Positions 27,937 through 37,931 of a stretch of 64,000 nt of DNA are shown here, in pieces. Source of the DNA: Candidatus Hydrogenedentota bacterium (GTDB lineage Bacteria > Hydrogenedentota > Hydrogenedentia > Hydrogenedentales > JAEUWI01). The stretch is from assembly GCA_034669905.1 (NCBI GenBank), contig JAXMOL010000008.1:64001-128000 (forward strand), given 5' to 3'. The notes under the pieces were generated by a model. It searched no databases, was not told the DNA's origin, and worked only from the letters and a program-made list of their open reading frames with translations. The translations under genes were made by a program, and so were the position numbers. Position 1 is the stretch's first letter. Every line of letters starts with the position of its first letter.

Positions 27937-30846
27937 ATGTATCGACCAATACTTCTTGGTGCTGCGGGATTGATTCTATCGTGCGGTGCACCAATTGTCA
28001 GCGCACAGGAGCAGGACCCGGCCACCTTCTTTACGGACCGGGTAAAGCCTATCCTGGAGCAAAACTGCTTCAAGTGCCATGGCGGCCGCCCTGCGGTCAA
28101 GGGCGAGTTTCGGATTACCAGCCAGGCGGGGGTCCTTCGGGACACCACCCGAGGGCCCGGAGTTGACCGGGAGAATCCGGAAGCGAGCGCCATCCTTCAG
28201 ATGATCAGCTACAAGGATGCGCAGCACGAGATGCCGCCTTCCGGAAAGCTGGCCCAGGCCGACATTGACACGCTGACCCAATGGGTCACGATGGGCGCGC
28301 CCTGGGCACCGGAGGGCGTCGACTTTGGCGTGGAGCCCGAGGTGGAACACCACACTGGCCCCGATGGCAGAGATCACTGGGCCTATCAACCCCTGACCCG
28401 TCCCGAGGTGCCCGCCACCTCCGATCCCGCCTGGGTCCAGAACCCCATCGACGCCTTTATCCGCCATGGATTGGATGAAGCGGGCTTTACCCCGGCCGAG
28501 CCCGCCTCTCGCCGTGCCATGATTCGCCGCCTCTATTATGATCTTACGGGCCTCCCCCCCGCGCCTGAAGCGGTGGAAGCCTATATACACGACGAGCGTC
28601 CCGACGCCTATGAGCGCCTGGTCGAGGAATTGCTGGCCAGTCCCCAATATGGCGAACGCTGGGCACGTCACTGGCTCGACGTGGTGGGCTATGCCGAGAC
28701 CCATGGCTTTGAACGGGATGCCACCAAGCCCTTCATGTGGCGGTATCGGGACTATGTCATCGACGCCTTTAATAAGGACAAGCCCTACGATCAATTTATT
28801 CGCGAACAGATCGCGGGCGACGAGCTCCCCGATGCGGGACCGGAACAGCTGATTGCTACGGGACTGTATCGCCTGGCCATCTGGGATGACGAGCCGGCCG
28901 ACAAATTGCTCGGCCGTTATGACGAATTGGATGGTATGGTCCAGACGATCAGTGCGACCTTCCTTGGCAGCACCCTCGGCTGTGCGCGGTGTCACGATCA
29001 CAAGATTGACCCCTTTCCCGCGGCGGACTACTACAGCATGGTGGCCTTTCTTCAGGGGGTGAAATCCACCCAGCGCCAATCCGAACTGACTCCGGTGATG
29101 AACGCGGAAGAACAGGCGGCCTATGATGCGGGTGTGGCGAAGAAAAACGCCGAGATCGCCGCACTGAATGACCGCCTCTATCAGGTGGAGCAGAATTTCC
29201 TCACGGCGCTGAATGAGAAGCGGGGCGCTGATAAAGCCCCCTTCCTGCGCAGTGATCTGGTTGACCTGAAGTATCGCTTCTATCGCGACACCTGGGAAGC
29301 CCTTCCTGCCTTCGACACGCTGCGTCCCGAGACCGAGGGCGCCCTCAAACACAACTTCGTTACCCTGGCCGCCGCCAGCCGTGAAGACGCTATGGGATTG
29401 GTGTTTGAAGGACGCCTGCGGGTTACGGATGAAGGGGAACACACCTTCTCGGTTACGGCCAAAGATGGGCTCCGCCTCACGGTCGGGGGTAAGGTCATCC
29501 ACGAGGTTGTGGGCACGGGGGTGCACACCGCTACGGTCAGCACCCGACTCTGGCCGGGGCATCATGATTTCCGTGTGGACTACTTCAACACCTACGACGC
29601 CCCGAAATTGGACCTGAGCTGGTCGGGCCCCTCCTTTACGGCACGCCCTCTTTCCATCGGCACGGCAGAAGCCAACACCCCGGACGTGGCCAAGCTCCTG
29701 GCAGAGCGCGGTGGCGAAGTCCTCTCCAAGGAAGAGCGTGTCGCGTATGAAAAACTCCAGAAAGACCTGAAGGCCACCCAGAATCGCCATGTACCCGGTG
29801 TATGGGCCACAACCGTCACGTCCACGGGCCCCAAGGTTCCGGAGAGCCACATTCTCCTGCGGGGCAACCCCCACGTGGAAGGCGACGTCGTCCAGCCGGA
29901 CTTCCCCGCCATCTTGCGCACGGCCTCGGCGGTGATTCCTGCCGTGGATGAATCGGCCAAGAGTCCGGGACGACGAAAGGTATTGGCGGACTGGCTCGCC
30001 CGTGGCGACAACCCCTTGACCGCCCGGGTCATGGTCAACCGCATCTGGCAGTATCATTTTGGCCGGGGCATCGTGCGGACCTCCAACGACTTTGGCACCA
30101 TGGGCGAAGCGCCGACGCACCCTGAGTTGCTGGACTGGCTTGCGAGCGAATTCGTCTCCCAGGGCTGGTCCATCAAGGCCATGCACCGAATGATCTTGCA
30201 TTCCAACACCTACCGCATGTCTTCCAAGGGCAATCCGGAGGCCCTGGCGAAGGATCCGGCGAACAACCGTTTCTGGCGCTTTAACATTCGGCGGTTGGAA
30301 GCGGAGGAAATCCGCGATTCCATGCTGGCCGTCAATCAAAGCCTGAACCTGGAGATGGGTGGCCCCCATGTTTATCCACCCATGCCTGAAGCGGTGCTGG
30401 CCACCTCGTCCACGCCGGACAAGGTGTGGGGCAAATCGCCGAAGAAAGATCACACCCGTCGGAGCATCTACACCCACGTGAAACGTTCGCTGAAGGACCC
30501 GCTGCTGGCGGACTTTGATATGGCGGACACGGAGTCGAACTGTGCGGTGCGTTTTTCGACGACCCAGCCGACCCAGGCCCTGAATCTGTTGAACAGCGAT
30601 TTCGTCAATACCCAGGCCGAGACCCTGGCGAAACAGGTCAATGCGGAACATCCGGCAAACCTGCAAACCAAAGTCTGGCTCGTGTTGAACAAGGTGACCC
30701 AACGGACGCCGAATAACGATGAGGTCGATCAGGGACTCACCATGATGCAGGAAATGCAGGATAGCTTTGGCTATGACGAAGAACTGGCCTTCGAGCGTTT
30801 CTGCCTGCTGGCACTGAACCTCAACGAATTCCTCTATATTGACTGA
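27937..30846 (+). CDS. Planctomycete cytochrome c / DUF1549 / DUF1553 (PSD1) protein with PA14-like insert
   Basis: CFKCH; NPIDAFI; YGERWARHWLD; CARCHDHK; VNRIWQYHFGRG; HPELLDWLA; central FEGRL...H.FRVDYF PA14-like segment. Confidence 0.88.
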   Translation: MYRPILLGAAGLILSCGAPIVSAQEQDPATFFTDRVKPILEQNCFKCHGGRPAVKGEFRITSQAGVLRDTTRGPGVDRENPEASAILQMISYKDAQHEMPPSGKLAQADIDTLTQWVTMGAPWAPEGVDFGVEPEVEHHTGPDGRDHWAYQPLTRPEVPATSDPAWVQNPIDAFIRHGLDEAGFTPAEPASRRAMIRRLYYDLTGLPPAPEAVEAYIHDERPDAYERLVEELLASPQYGERWARHWLDVVGYAETHGFERDATKPFMWRYRDYVIDAFNKDKPYDQFIREQIAGDELPDAGPEQLIATGLYRLAIWDDEPADKLLGRYDELDGMVQTISATFLGSTLGCARCHDHKIDPFPAADYYSMVAFLQGVKSTQRQSELTPVMNAEEQAAYDAGVAKKNAEIAALNDRLYQVEQNFLTALNEKRGADKAPFLRSDLVDLKYRFYRDTWEALPAFDTLRPETEGALKHNFVTLAAASREDAMGLVFEGRLRVTDEGEHTFSVTAKDGLRLTVGGKVIHEVVGTGVHTATVSTRLWPGHHDFRVDYFNTYDAPKLDLSWSGPSFTARPLSIGTAEANTPDVAKLLAERGGEVLSKEERVAYEKLQKDLKATQNRHVPGVWATTVTSTGPKVPESHILLRGNPHVEGDVVQPDFPAILRTASAVIPAVDESAKSPGRRKVLADWLARGDNPLTARVMVNRIWQYHFGRGIVRTSNDFGTMGEAPTHPELLDWLASEFVSQGWSIKAMHRMILHSNTYRMSSKGNPEALAKDPANNRFWRFNIRRLEAEEIRDSMLAVNQSLNLEMGGPHVYPPMPEAVLATSSTPDKVWGKSPKKDHTRRSIYTHVKRSLKDPLLADFDMADTESNCAVRFSTTQPTQALNLLNSDFVNTQAETLAKQVNAEHPANLQTKVWLVLNKVTQRTPNNDEVDQGLTMMQEMQDSFGYDEELAFERFCLLALNLNEFLYID

Positions 30847-30955
30847 CGGTGTTGTGCTACCTGGTCGGGCTACGTGCCCGAACTTCCACCACCGCATGTG
30901 AGATAATACACAACACGCTGTCGATGCGATAGCGAGAACAATCTGGAGTACAATC

Positions 30956-32428
30956 ATGGCCGAAAAAAGACCTCGGGGTTCCTTCTGCGGACAGACCCGA
31001 CGCGAATTCCTGACCACCATGGGCGGCGGCTTTACTTCCCTGGCACTAACCGGCATGTTGGCGGGCGACGGCTTTCTGGGCAGCCAGGCCGTGGCTGCCG
31101 ACGGGGTTTCGGCCTTTCAGAACCCCCTCGCGGCGCGGGCAGCCATGGCGGCACCCAAAGCCAAGAGTGTCATCTTCCTCTTCATGTATGGCGGTCCGAG
31201 CCACGTCGACACCTTCGACTACAAGCCCGAGCTTTATAAGCTCGACGGCAAGACCATTCAGGTCAAGACGGCGGGCCGGGGCGGCAAGAAAAACGAAGGG
31301 CGTATCGTAGGGCCCAAGTGGCGCTTCAAGCAACACGGCGAGTCCGGTGCCTGGGTGTCGGAACTCTTCCCCCACCTCTCCACCTGTGTCGACGACATCA
31401 CCTTCCTGAAATCCATGACGGCCGAATCCCCTATTCACGGCTCGGCGATGCTCATGATGAATTCGGGGCGTATCCTCAGTGGCAATCCCTCCATGGGTTC
31501 CTGGGTGAACTATGGCCTGGGCTCCATGAACGAGAATCTCCCGGGTTACGTGGTCATGCTCGACAAGACCGGCGGCCCTATCAGTGGCGCGCAGAATTGG
31601 AGCAGCGGCTTCATGCCCGCCAACTATGAGGCGACGGTCTTCCGTCCCCAGGGCGACCCCATCCTCAACCTTTCCAATGACCGGGGCATGTCTCGGGACG
31701 AACAACGCACGCTGTTGAAGCATCTGAACCACTTCAACAATCAGCATCTGGCCGATCGTGTCGACAACTCCGATCTGGCGGCCCGTATCGCGAGTTATGA
31801 GCTGGCCTATAACATGCAGGTCACGGCACCGGAAGCGGTGGAATTGCACCAGGAGCCGGAGCATGTGAAACGCCTCTATGGCATGGACCACGAACGGACC
31901 GAAGACTTTGGCCGCAAGTGCCTGCTGGCCCGCCGCCTGGTCGAGCGGGGCGTGCGCTTTGTGCAGCTCTATTCGGGGGGTGCCCACAACGACGACAACT
32001 GGGATGCCCACGCCGACCTGCAAGATAACCACAATTATCATGCGGGCAACACGGACAAGCCCATTGCGGGCCTCTTGAAAGACCTCAAACAGCGGGGACT
32101 CCTCGACGAGACCCTGGTTATCTGGGGCGGTGAGTTTGGACGGCAGCCGACGGCGGAGTATGCCAAGGGCACGGGCCGGGACCACAACTCCATGGGCTTC
32201 ACCATGTGGATGGCCGGTGGTGGCATCAAGGGCGGCATGTCCTATGGCGAGACCGACGAACTGGGTAGCAACGCGGTGACCAACCGGCTGCACGTAAAGC
32301 GAATGCATGCCACGGTGCTCCATCAGATGGGCCTGGACCCCAACAACCTGAGCTACTTCTACAACGGCCTCGACCAGAAACTGGTGGGTGTCGAAGGTGC
32401 CGAGCCTATCTGGGATATTATTGCGTAA
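30956..32428 (+). CDS. DUF1501 protein (Tat signal)
   Basis: TRREFL; FMYGGPSHVDTFDYKP; ARRLVERGVRFVQ; GEFGRQP; GRDHN. Confidence 0.92.
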   Translation: MAEKRPRGSFCGQTRREFLTTMGGGFTSLALTGMLAGDGFLGSQAVAADGVSAFQNPLAARAAMAAPKAKSVIFLFMYGGPSHVDTFDYKPELYKLDGKTIQVKTAGRGGKKNEGRIVGPKWRFKQHGESGAWVSELFPHLSTCVDDITFLKSMTAESPIHGSAMLMMNSGRILSGNPSMGSWVNYGLGSMNENLPGYVVMLDKTGGPISGAQNWSSGFMPANYEATVFRPQGDPILNLSNDRGMSRDEQRTLLKHLNHFNNQHLADRVDNSDLAARIASYELAYNMQVTAPEAVELHQEPEHVKRLYGMDHERTEDFGRKCLLARRLVERGVRFVQLYSGGAHNDDNWDAHADLQDNHNYHAGNTDKPIAGLLKDLKQRGLLDETLVIWGGEFGRQPTAEYAKGTGRDHNSMGFTMWMAGGGIKGGMSYGETDELGSNAVTNRLHVKRMHATVLHQMGLDPNNLSYFYNGLDQKLVGVEGAEPIWDIIA

Positions 32429-32759
32429 GGGATGAGCTATTCCGGCGTGTTGATGACGCGCAGGTTGATGAACCACAAAGTTCGCAAAGAACACAGAGAA
32501 AAAATCGGCGCTTCGAATGGATCTGGCACCCCGTCAAAATAGGCGAAGATTCATTTCGGACATTTTCCAAGTCATTCGGTTGCCATCTTAGAGATCTGGG
32601 ACTTGGGAGCGCGGGCGCTTGCGTACGCTGTCGTAACGAACGTGTTGGATTTGATCGAGGTCTACCTTCGCTTATTCAGCCGCCCCCCGGCAGCATTCTT
32701 CTTGCACCCAGACCTTCATAGTGATTAATTCTCTTCGGAATCCCCAACAGACACAACGA

Positions 32760-32796
32760 ACGCCGCCCCCAGCGGCACGAATACCGGGGACGGCGT
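32760..32796 (-). terminator. GC-rich hairpin downstream of nirB
   Basis: ACGCCGCCCCC...GGGGACGGCGT stem; weak U tract. Confidence 0.4.
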
Positions 32797-32845
32797 CGGT
32801 AGTCACTCCCTGCGATTCACCTTCGCACGGAAGACAAGGTCTCGA

Positions 32846-35782
32846 TTAACAGGCCTGCGCGCAGGCCCCTTTGTCCTGGCCAATCGCCTCGGCCAGTTCC
32901 TCCGCAGGAGGCAGGTGCAGATAGACAAACCCGTCGGTAACTTTTACGTCAAAGGTCGCCACCGTGAGGTTGTCGCCTGAGACGCACGAGCCGTCTTCGA
33001 GAGAGAACTGCTTCTTGTGCATGGGGCAGGCCACTTTGGGCACGCCCCCTTTGTCGCCCAGCAAGCCCCGGGCGAGCACCATGTCCTGTTTGTGGGGGCA
33101 CATGTTCTGGGTGGCATACCACGTATCCTCGACGCCGTAGCGGAACACGGCCAACTGGACTCCACCATAGGTGACGGCCATGCCGCCTTCTTTGGGGAAG
33201 CTCCCCACGCGACCGGCTTTCCACCAGGAACGTTCCGACCACGTGGTGGACAGGCTTTCTTTTTCCGTTGCGGGCCAATCTTCCGGCCGCTTCTGGGTCC
33301 GCTCTTCCACGAAGCCCAGGCTTGGGTCGGCCTCGTCGGCATTGGCGAAGTGGCGGAACAGGGCCCGCTTTTCGGGATTGTTGACCACGGAGGCCCATTC
33401 ACACTGATAGGTGTCGATGAGCCGGGCCATATCGGCCTCCAGGGTTTCGCAGAGCCCCAGCGAGTCGTTGATGACCACATCCTTTACATGGTCGAGACCG
33501 CCTTCCAGTTTCTCCAGCCACACGGAGGTACGCTGCAAGGGGTCCGCCGTATGAATGTAATACATGAGGAAGCGGTCGATGTATAAGATGGCGGTTTCCG
33601 TGTCGATTTCGGAGGCAAAGAGATCGGCGTGTCGCGGCTTGGCACCGCCGTTGCCGCAAAGATAGAGGTTCCAGCCCTTATCGGTGGCGATGAGCCCCAC
33701 GTCCTTGCATTGGGCCTCGGCACATTCACGCACACAGCCCGAGACTGCCATCTTGAGCTTGTGGGGTGAGCGAACTCCCCGGTAACGCTCTTCGAGGTCG
33801 ATGGCAAATTTGGTGGAATCCTGAACGCCATAACGGCACCAGGTCTGGCCCACGCAACTTTTGACCGTGCGGAGGGACTTACCATAGGCGTGTCCACTTT
33901 CAAAGCCGGCGATGATGAGTTCTTCCCAGATATCCGGAAGTTGTTCTATCCGGGCTCCGAGCAAATCGACCCGCTGTCCACCGGTGATCTTGCAGTAGAG
34001 GTCATATTTCTTCGCCACCTGGCCGAGCACAATGAGTTTGTCGGGCGTAATCTCGCCACCGGGCACACGGGGCACGACCGAGTAGGTGCCGCCCCGTTGG
34101 ATGTTAGCCAGAAAGCGATCGTTGGTGTCCTGGATGGTGGCATGCTCAACGATGTGATCATTCCACAGACTGGCCAATATGGAGCCCACGACGGGCTTGC
34201 AGACTTCGCAGCCCTCGCCCCCCGTGCCACATTCCGTAAGGACGTCGCGGAAGGTCTGAAGCTTTTTCACTTTCACGCTGTGGAAGAGTTCCTGTCGGCT
34301 GAGCGGAAAGTGCGCGCAGACGATCTTTTTCACTTCGACCCCGGCGCGTTTGAACTCTTCCGCCAGGATGTCTTTCACCATGGGCACGCAACCACCACAG
34401 CCTGTGCCTGCGCAGGTAGCGCTTTGCACATCCCCCAGATCGCTGAGCTTGTGTTTACGGATGGCGCTGCAAATGTCACCTTTGGAGACGTTGTTGCACG
34501 AGCACACCTGGGCGTCATCGGGCAGGGCCGCCACGCCGGCGGCGGCACCATCTCCTCCACTGCCCAGCAGCAGAACCTTGGGCTCCCCGACGATGCCATC
34601 AAGGCTCCGGTAGGTATGCAGGAGGTTACTGTAATCTGACGTATCGCCCACGAGAATTCCGCCGAGCAACTTGCTGCGATCCTCGGAGAGGATGATTTTC
34701 TTGTAGACACCACTGACCGTGTCTTTCACCACCACCGTGTCACTGGCGGGCCCTTCGGCATCGATGGAGCCCAGACTGGCCACCTCGACGCCCATGAGCT
34801 TCAACTTGGTGGACATATCGGCCCCGGTAAAGTGGGCCTCATTTCCCATGAGGTTTTCCGCCAGGGTATCGGCCATTTGATAGCCGGGCCCTACCAGACC
34901 ATAGATCATACCGTCGTGGAGGGCCAATTCACCGATGGCGAAGATGGTGGGATCACTGGTCTGCATCGTGTCGTCCACGATGACACCACCCCGTTCCCCC
35001 ATGGCGAGACCGGCTTCCCGCGCCAACTCGTCCCGTGGTCGGATACCCGCCGACACGATGAGCATATCTGTATCCAGGAGGGCGTCATCCATAAAGGTCA
35101 GGCCCGTAATGGAGCCATTGCCTTCGATGCGCTTGGTCTGGTGTTTCAACAGCACTTTCACACCGAGGGCTTCGATTTCACGCACCAGGAGCTTGGAGCC
35201 TTCGTCGTCTAACTGACGGGGCATAAGCCGGGGCGCGAACTCGACGACGTGGACATCCAACCCGAGGTCCACCACGGCCTTGGCCGCTTCCAGGCCCAAC
35301 AACCCGCCGCCAATCACGGTGGCCGTTTCAGCGGTTTCCGCGTAGGCCTTGATGGCATCCAGGTCTTCGATGGTGCGATAGACGAAAACGCCCTCCTTGT
35401 CCACCCCGTCGATAGGGGGTACGAAGGGGGCCGACCCGGTGGCAAGCACCAGGTAGTCATAGCGTTGTGTAGTGCCATCGTCAACGGTTACGGTCCGCGC
35501 GTCGCGATCAATCGCTGTGATGCGTTTGCTCACATGGAGGGTGACTTCGTTGTCCTGGTACCAGGTTAGCCCGTCAAGGGTGAGATCTTCGACCGAGTTG
35601 CCGCTGAAGTAACTCGTCAGTTGTACCCGGTCATAGGCCGCCCGGGGCTCTTCCCCATAGACAATCAGCTCGAAATTCGTATTGCTATCAAGCTCACGCA
35701 GCTTTTTGCAAAAGCGGTGCCCCACCATGCCGTTCCCGACGACGACCACTTTTTTTCGAATCACTTCTACCTTGGCTGACAT
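32846..35782 (-). CDS. nirB: NAD(P)H nitrite reductase large subunit fused to Rieske small subunit (NirB-NirD)
   Basis: GNGMVG FAD site; BFD clusters CSCNN/GCGGC; KSCVGQTWC and SGCVREC siroheme-FeS ligands; C-terminal Rieske CPH...CPMH. Confidence 0.95.
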   Translation of the reverse strand: MSAKVEVIRKKVVVVGNGMVGHRFCKKLRELDSNTNFELIVYGEEPRAAYDRVQLTSYFSGNSVEDLTLDGLTWYQDNEVTLHVSKRITAIDRDARTVTVDDGTTQRYDYLVLATGSAPFVPPIDGVDKEGVFVYRTIEDLDAIKAYAETAETATVIGGGLLGLEAAKAVVDLGLDVHVVEFAPRLMPRQLDDEGSKLLVREIEALGVKVLLKHQTKRIEGNGSITGLTFMDDALLDTDMLIVSAGIRPRDELAREAGLAMGERGGVIVDDTMQTSDPTIFAIGELALHDGMIYGLVGPGYQMADTLAENLMGNEAHFTGADMSTKLKLMGVEVASLGSIDAEGPASDTVVVKDTVSGVYKKIILSEDRSKLLGGILVGDTSDYSNLLHTYRSLDGIVGEPKVLLLGSGGDGAAAGVAALPDDAQVCSCNNVSKGDICSAIRKHKLSDLGDVQSATCAGTGCGGCVPMVKDILAEEFKRAGVEVKKIVCAHFPLSRQELFHSVKVKKLQTFRDVLTECGTGGEGCEVCKPVVGSILASLWNDHIVEHATIQDTNDRFLANIQRGGTYSVVPRVPGGEITPDKLIVLGQVAKKYDLYCKITGGQRVDLLGARIEQLPDIWEELIIAGFESGHAYGKSLRTVKSCVGQTWCRYGVQDSTKFAIDLEERYRGVRSPHKLKMAVSGCVRECAEAQCKDVGLIATDKGWNLYLCGNGGAKPRHADLFASEIDTETAILYIDRFLMYYIHTADPLQRTSVWLEKLEGGLDHVKDVVINDSLGLCETLEADMARLIDTYQCEWASVVNNPEKRALFRHFANADEADPSLGFVEERTQKRPEDWPATEKESLSTTWSERSWWKAGRVGSFPKEGGMAVTYGGVQLAVFRYGVEDTWYATQNMCPHKQDMVLARGLLGDKGGVPKVACPMHKKQFSLEDGSCVSGDNLTVATFDVKVTDGFVYLHLPPAEELAEAIGQDKGACAQAC

Positions 35783-35920
35783 GGCGACTTCCCGATCTTA
35801 AGTCTGGTGCCTGTGGCGTGTTCGGAGCGCACGCGCTCTTCGCGGGTTTACTCAAGAATCCGGCTCCACAGGGGCACGCGTGTTGCACAGTGGGTGACAT
35901 TTGGACTACCACGCGGTAAG

Positions 35921-35937
35921 TGCAAGGGTTGTGCCAA
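35921..35937 (-). promoter_or_regulatory. Sigma54 promoter for nirB
   Basis: Minus strand TTGGCACAACCCTTGCA, consensus match. Confidence 0.85.
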
Positions 35938-36046
35938 TGACACCGTTGGAATGAATTCCCGGGGTGGCACTGTGCCTGATGGCGGTCTCTCCTGCCGCAC
36001 ACGCTGCGCTGCGACCGCCCATTCCCCCATTAATACAGACCCTTTA

Positions 36047-36063
36047 CGCACCAGACCGATGCA
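36047..36063. promoter_or_regulatory. Possible NtrC box
   Basis: CGCACCAGACCGATGCA partly matches TGCACCA-N3-TGGTGCA; about 110 bp upstream of the nirB sigma54 site. Confidence 0.35.
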
Positions 36064-36386
36064 AGCAAGACCCTGCTCCGACCGTGCCTGCCTCCACCTT
36101 GCCGTGTGCACCACGTCCACCGAAGCCGTACCAACGGGTAGGGTCCACCCACCAAAAAACACATGGCGGTAGCTCTTCTCCCCACGCTGCCGCCCGCTCC
36201 CACCAACCTGTGACGCACTGTGTGTGCTTCCCTTCCGTGGCGGCCCCTCGCCGAGTGAAAACGCCCCGAAGTCAACAAACATGCGTTTTCTATACACGTT
36301 ATCCACCTCCAGCAGGGGGCGGTGTGTGGCCGATCTCTTGCCCACCCTCTCCCCATTCGCGACGAAAATTTCGGGGGACGCTGCGC

Positions 36387-36403
36387 TTGGCACGCTTCGT
36401 GCA
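36387..36403 (+). promoter_or_regulatory. Sigma54 promoter for narK-nasA operon
   Basis: TTGGCACGCTTCGTGCA, GG-N10-GC, 50 bp before ATG 36453. Confidence 0.8.
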
Positions 36404-36452
36404 ATTCCTCTTCATACATTTTTATGGCGCAATCTTTGAGAGAGGAACACCC

Positions 36453-37799
36453 ATGGACGTAAATCACAAGGCGACCAAGATCGAGTTATTTAATTTCCGC
36501 ACCCCACAGATGCGGGCATTTCACATGTCCTGGTTTGCGTTTTTTCTTTGTTTCTTCGCCTGGTTTGGCATTGCCCCCCTGATGGCAGTGGTGCGGGAAG
36601 AACTCTCGCTGACGAAGGCGCAAATCGGTAACACGATCATCGCGTCTGTCGCCATTACCATCGTGGCCCGGCTGCTGATTGGCTGGCTCTGCGACCGGAT
36701 CGGCCCGCGAATCACCTACACGTGGCTCCTGGTACTGGGTGCCATTCCGGTCATGGGTATCGGACTCGCGCAGAGCTACGAGACCTTTCTGTTGTTCCGA
36801 CTCGGTATCGGCGCCATTGGGGCCTCCTTTGTGATAACCCAATACCACACGTCGGTCATGTTTGCCTCCAATTGTGTCGGCACCGCCAACGCCACCTCAG
36901 CCGGCTGGGGTAACCTGGGGGGTGGTGTCACCCAATTGGTTATGCCCCTGGTCTTCAGCACCTTACTCGCCCTGGGCCTTGGTGAATTCTGGGGCTGGCG
37001 TGTGGCCATGGTCTTTGCCGGCTCGGTCTGCATGGTTACCGGTATCGCCTATTTCTTCCTGACGCAGGACACGCCCGACGGCAACTTCAAAGACCTCCGC
37101 GAGAGAGGACTCATGCGCAGTGCCAAGGACAATGGCGGAACCTTCCTCGAAGCCTGTAAAGACCATCGGGTCTGGGCCCTCTTTGCCATTTACGGCGCCT
37201 GCTTTGGCATTGAGTTGACCATCAACAACATCGCCGCCCTGTACTACATCGACTATTTTGACATGGGCCTGAAAGCGGCCGGTGCCCTGGCGGCGTGCTT
37301 TGGTCTCATGAATCTCTTCGCCCGTACGCTCGGAGGCATCTTCGGGGACAAATTCGGCGCAAAGTATGGCCTGAAAGGACGGGTACGTTGGCTGGCCATT
37401 GCCCTCACCGTGGAAGGCTTCGCGCTCATGCTCTTTTCCCAGATGACGATCCTGCCCCTGGCCCTGGCCACCATGATTCTCTTCAGCCTGTTCGTGCAGA
37501 TGTCCGAGGGTGCCACGTACTCGGTGGTGCCTTTCATCAATAAACGGGCCCTCGGATCGGTGGCCGGTATCGTGGGGGCGGGCGGAAATTTTGGTGCGGT
37601 CAGCGCGGGCTTTCTTTTCAAAGCGGAAGCCATCACCTGGCCGCAGGCCCTGCTGATTTTGGGCGTGTTGGTCACGTGCTGTGCGGGCCTGACCGCCTTT
37701 GTGCGCTTCAGTGAAGCGGATGAATACGCCGCCGCTGCCGAGCTCGAACTTCGCAACGAAGTGGACGAATCCCTTGCTGCCGAGCCGGCAACTGCCTGA
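36453..37799 (+). CDS. narK: Nitrate/nitrite MFS transporter (NarK/NRT2)
   Basis: Start ATG 36453 with SD GAGG; nitrate-signature AGWGNLGGG and GAGGNFG; multiple TM helices. Confidence 0.9.
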   Translation: MDVNHKATKIELFNFRTPQMRAFHMSWFAFFLCFFAWFGIAPLMAVVREELSLTKAQIGNTIIASVAITIVARLLIGWLCDRIGPRITYTWLLVLGAIPVMGIGLAQSYETFLLFRLGIGAIGASFVITQYHTSVMFASNCVGTANATSAGWGNLGGGVTQLVMPLVFSTLLALGLGEFWGWRVAMVFAGSVCMVTGIAYFFLTQDTPDGNFKDLRERGLMRSAKDNGGTFLEACKDHRVWALFAIYGACFGIELTINNIAALYYIDYFDMGLKAAGALAACFGLMNLFARTLGGIFGDKFGAKYGLKGRVRWLAIALTVEGFALMLFSQMTILPLALATMILFSLFVQMSEGATYSVVPFINKRALGSVAGIVGAGGNFGAVSAGFLFKAEAITWPQALLILGVLVTCCAGLTAFVRFSEADEYAAAAELELRNEVDESLAAEPATA

Positions 37800-37931
37800 G
37801 CCAAGAGAGTCTGGCCTGGTGTTTTTCCAGGCAAACACGATTTCCAGTGATGCGGATGACGGCCCCTTGCGCCGCCATCCGCGTCGCTGATCCCGTATAC
37901 CATACAGCGCAACAATGAGCACCCTCTACCT

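Noticed and set aside
27976..31056. 1026-aa minus-strand ORF, and similar long antisense ORFs (11469, 18064, 23518, 31046, 49200, 62667)
   Set aside because: They mirror well-supported genes on the opposite strand, have no recognisable motifs, and are expected from GC-rich codon bias
32430..32845. Hidden small gene or RNA in the 400-bp gap between DUF1501 and nirB
   Set aside because: No credible ORF or known RNA motif; only degenerate repeat fragments and a hairpin
35964..36452. N-terminal extension of narK
   Set aside because: It spans the sigma54 promoter; SD and homology begin at 36453
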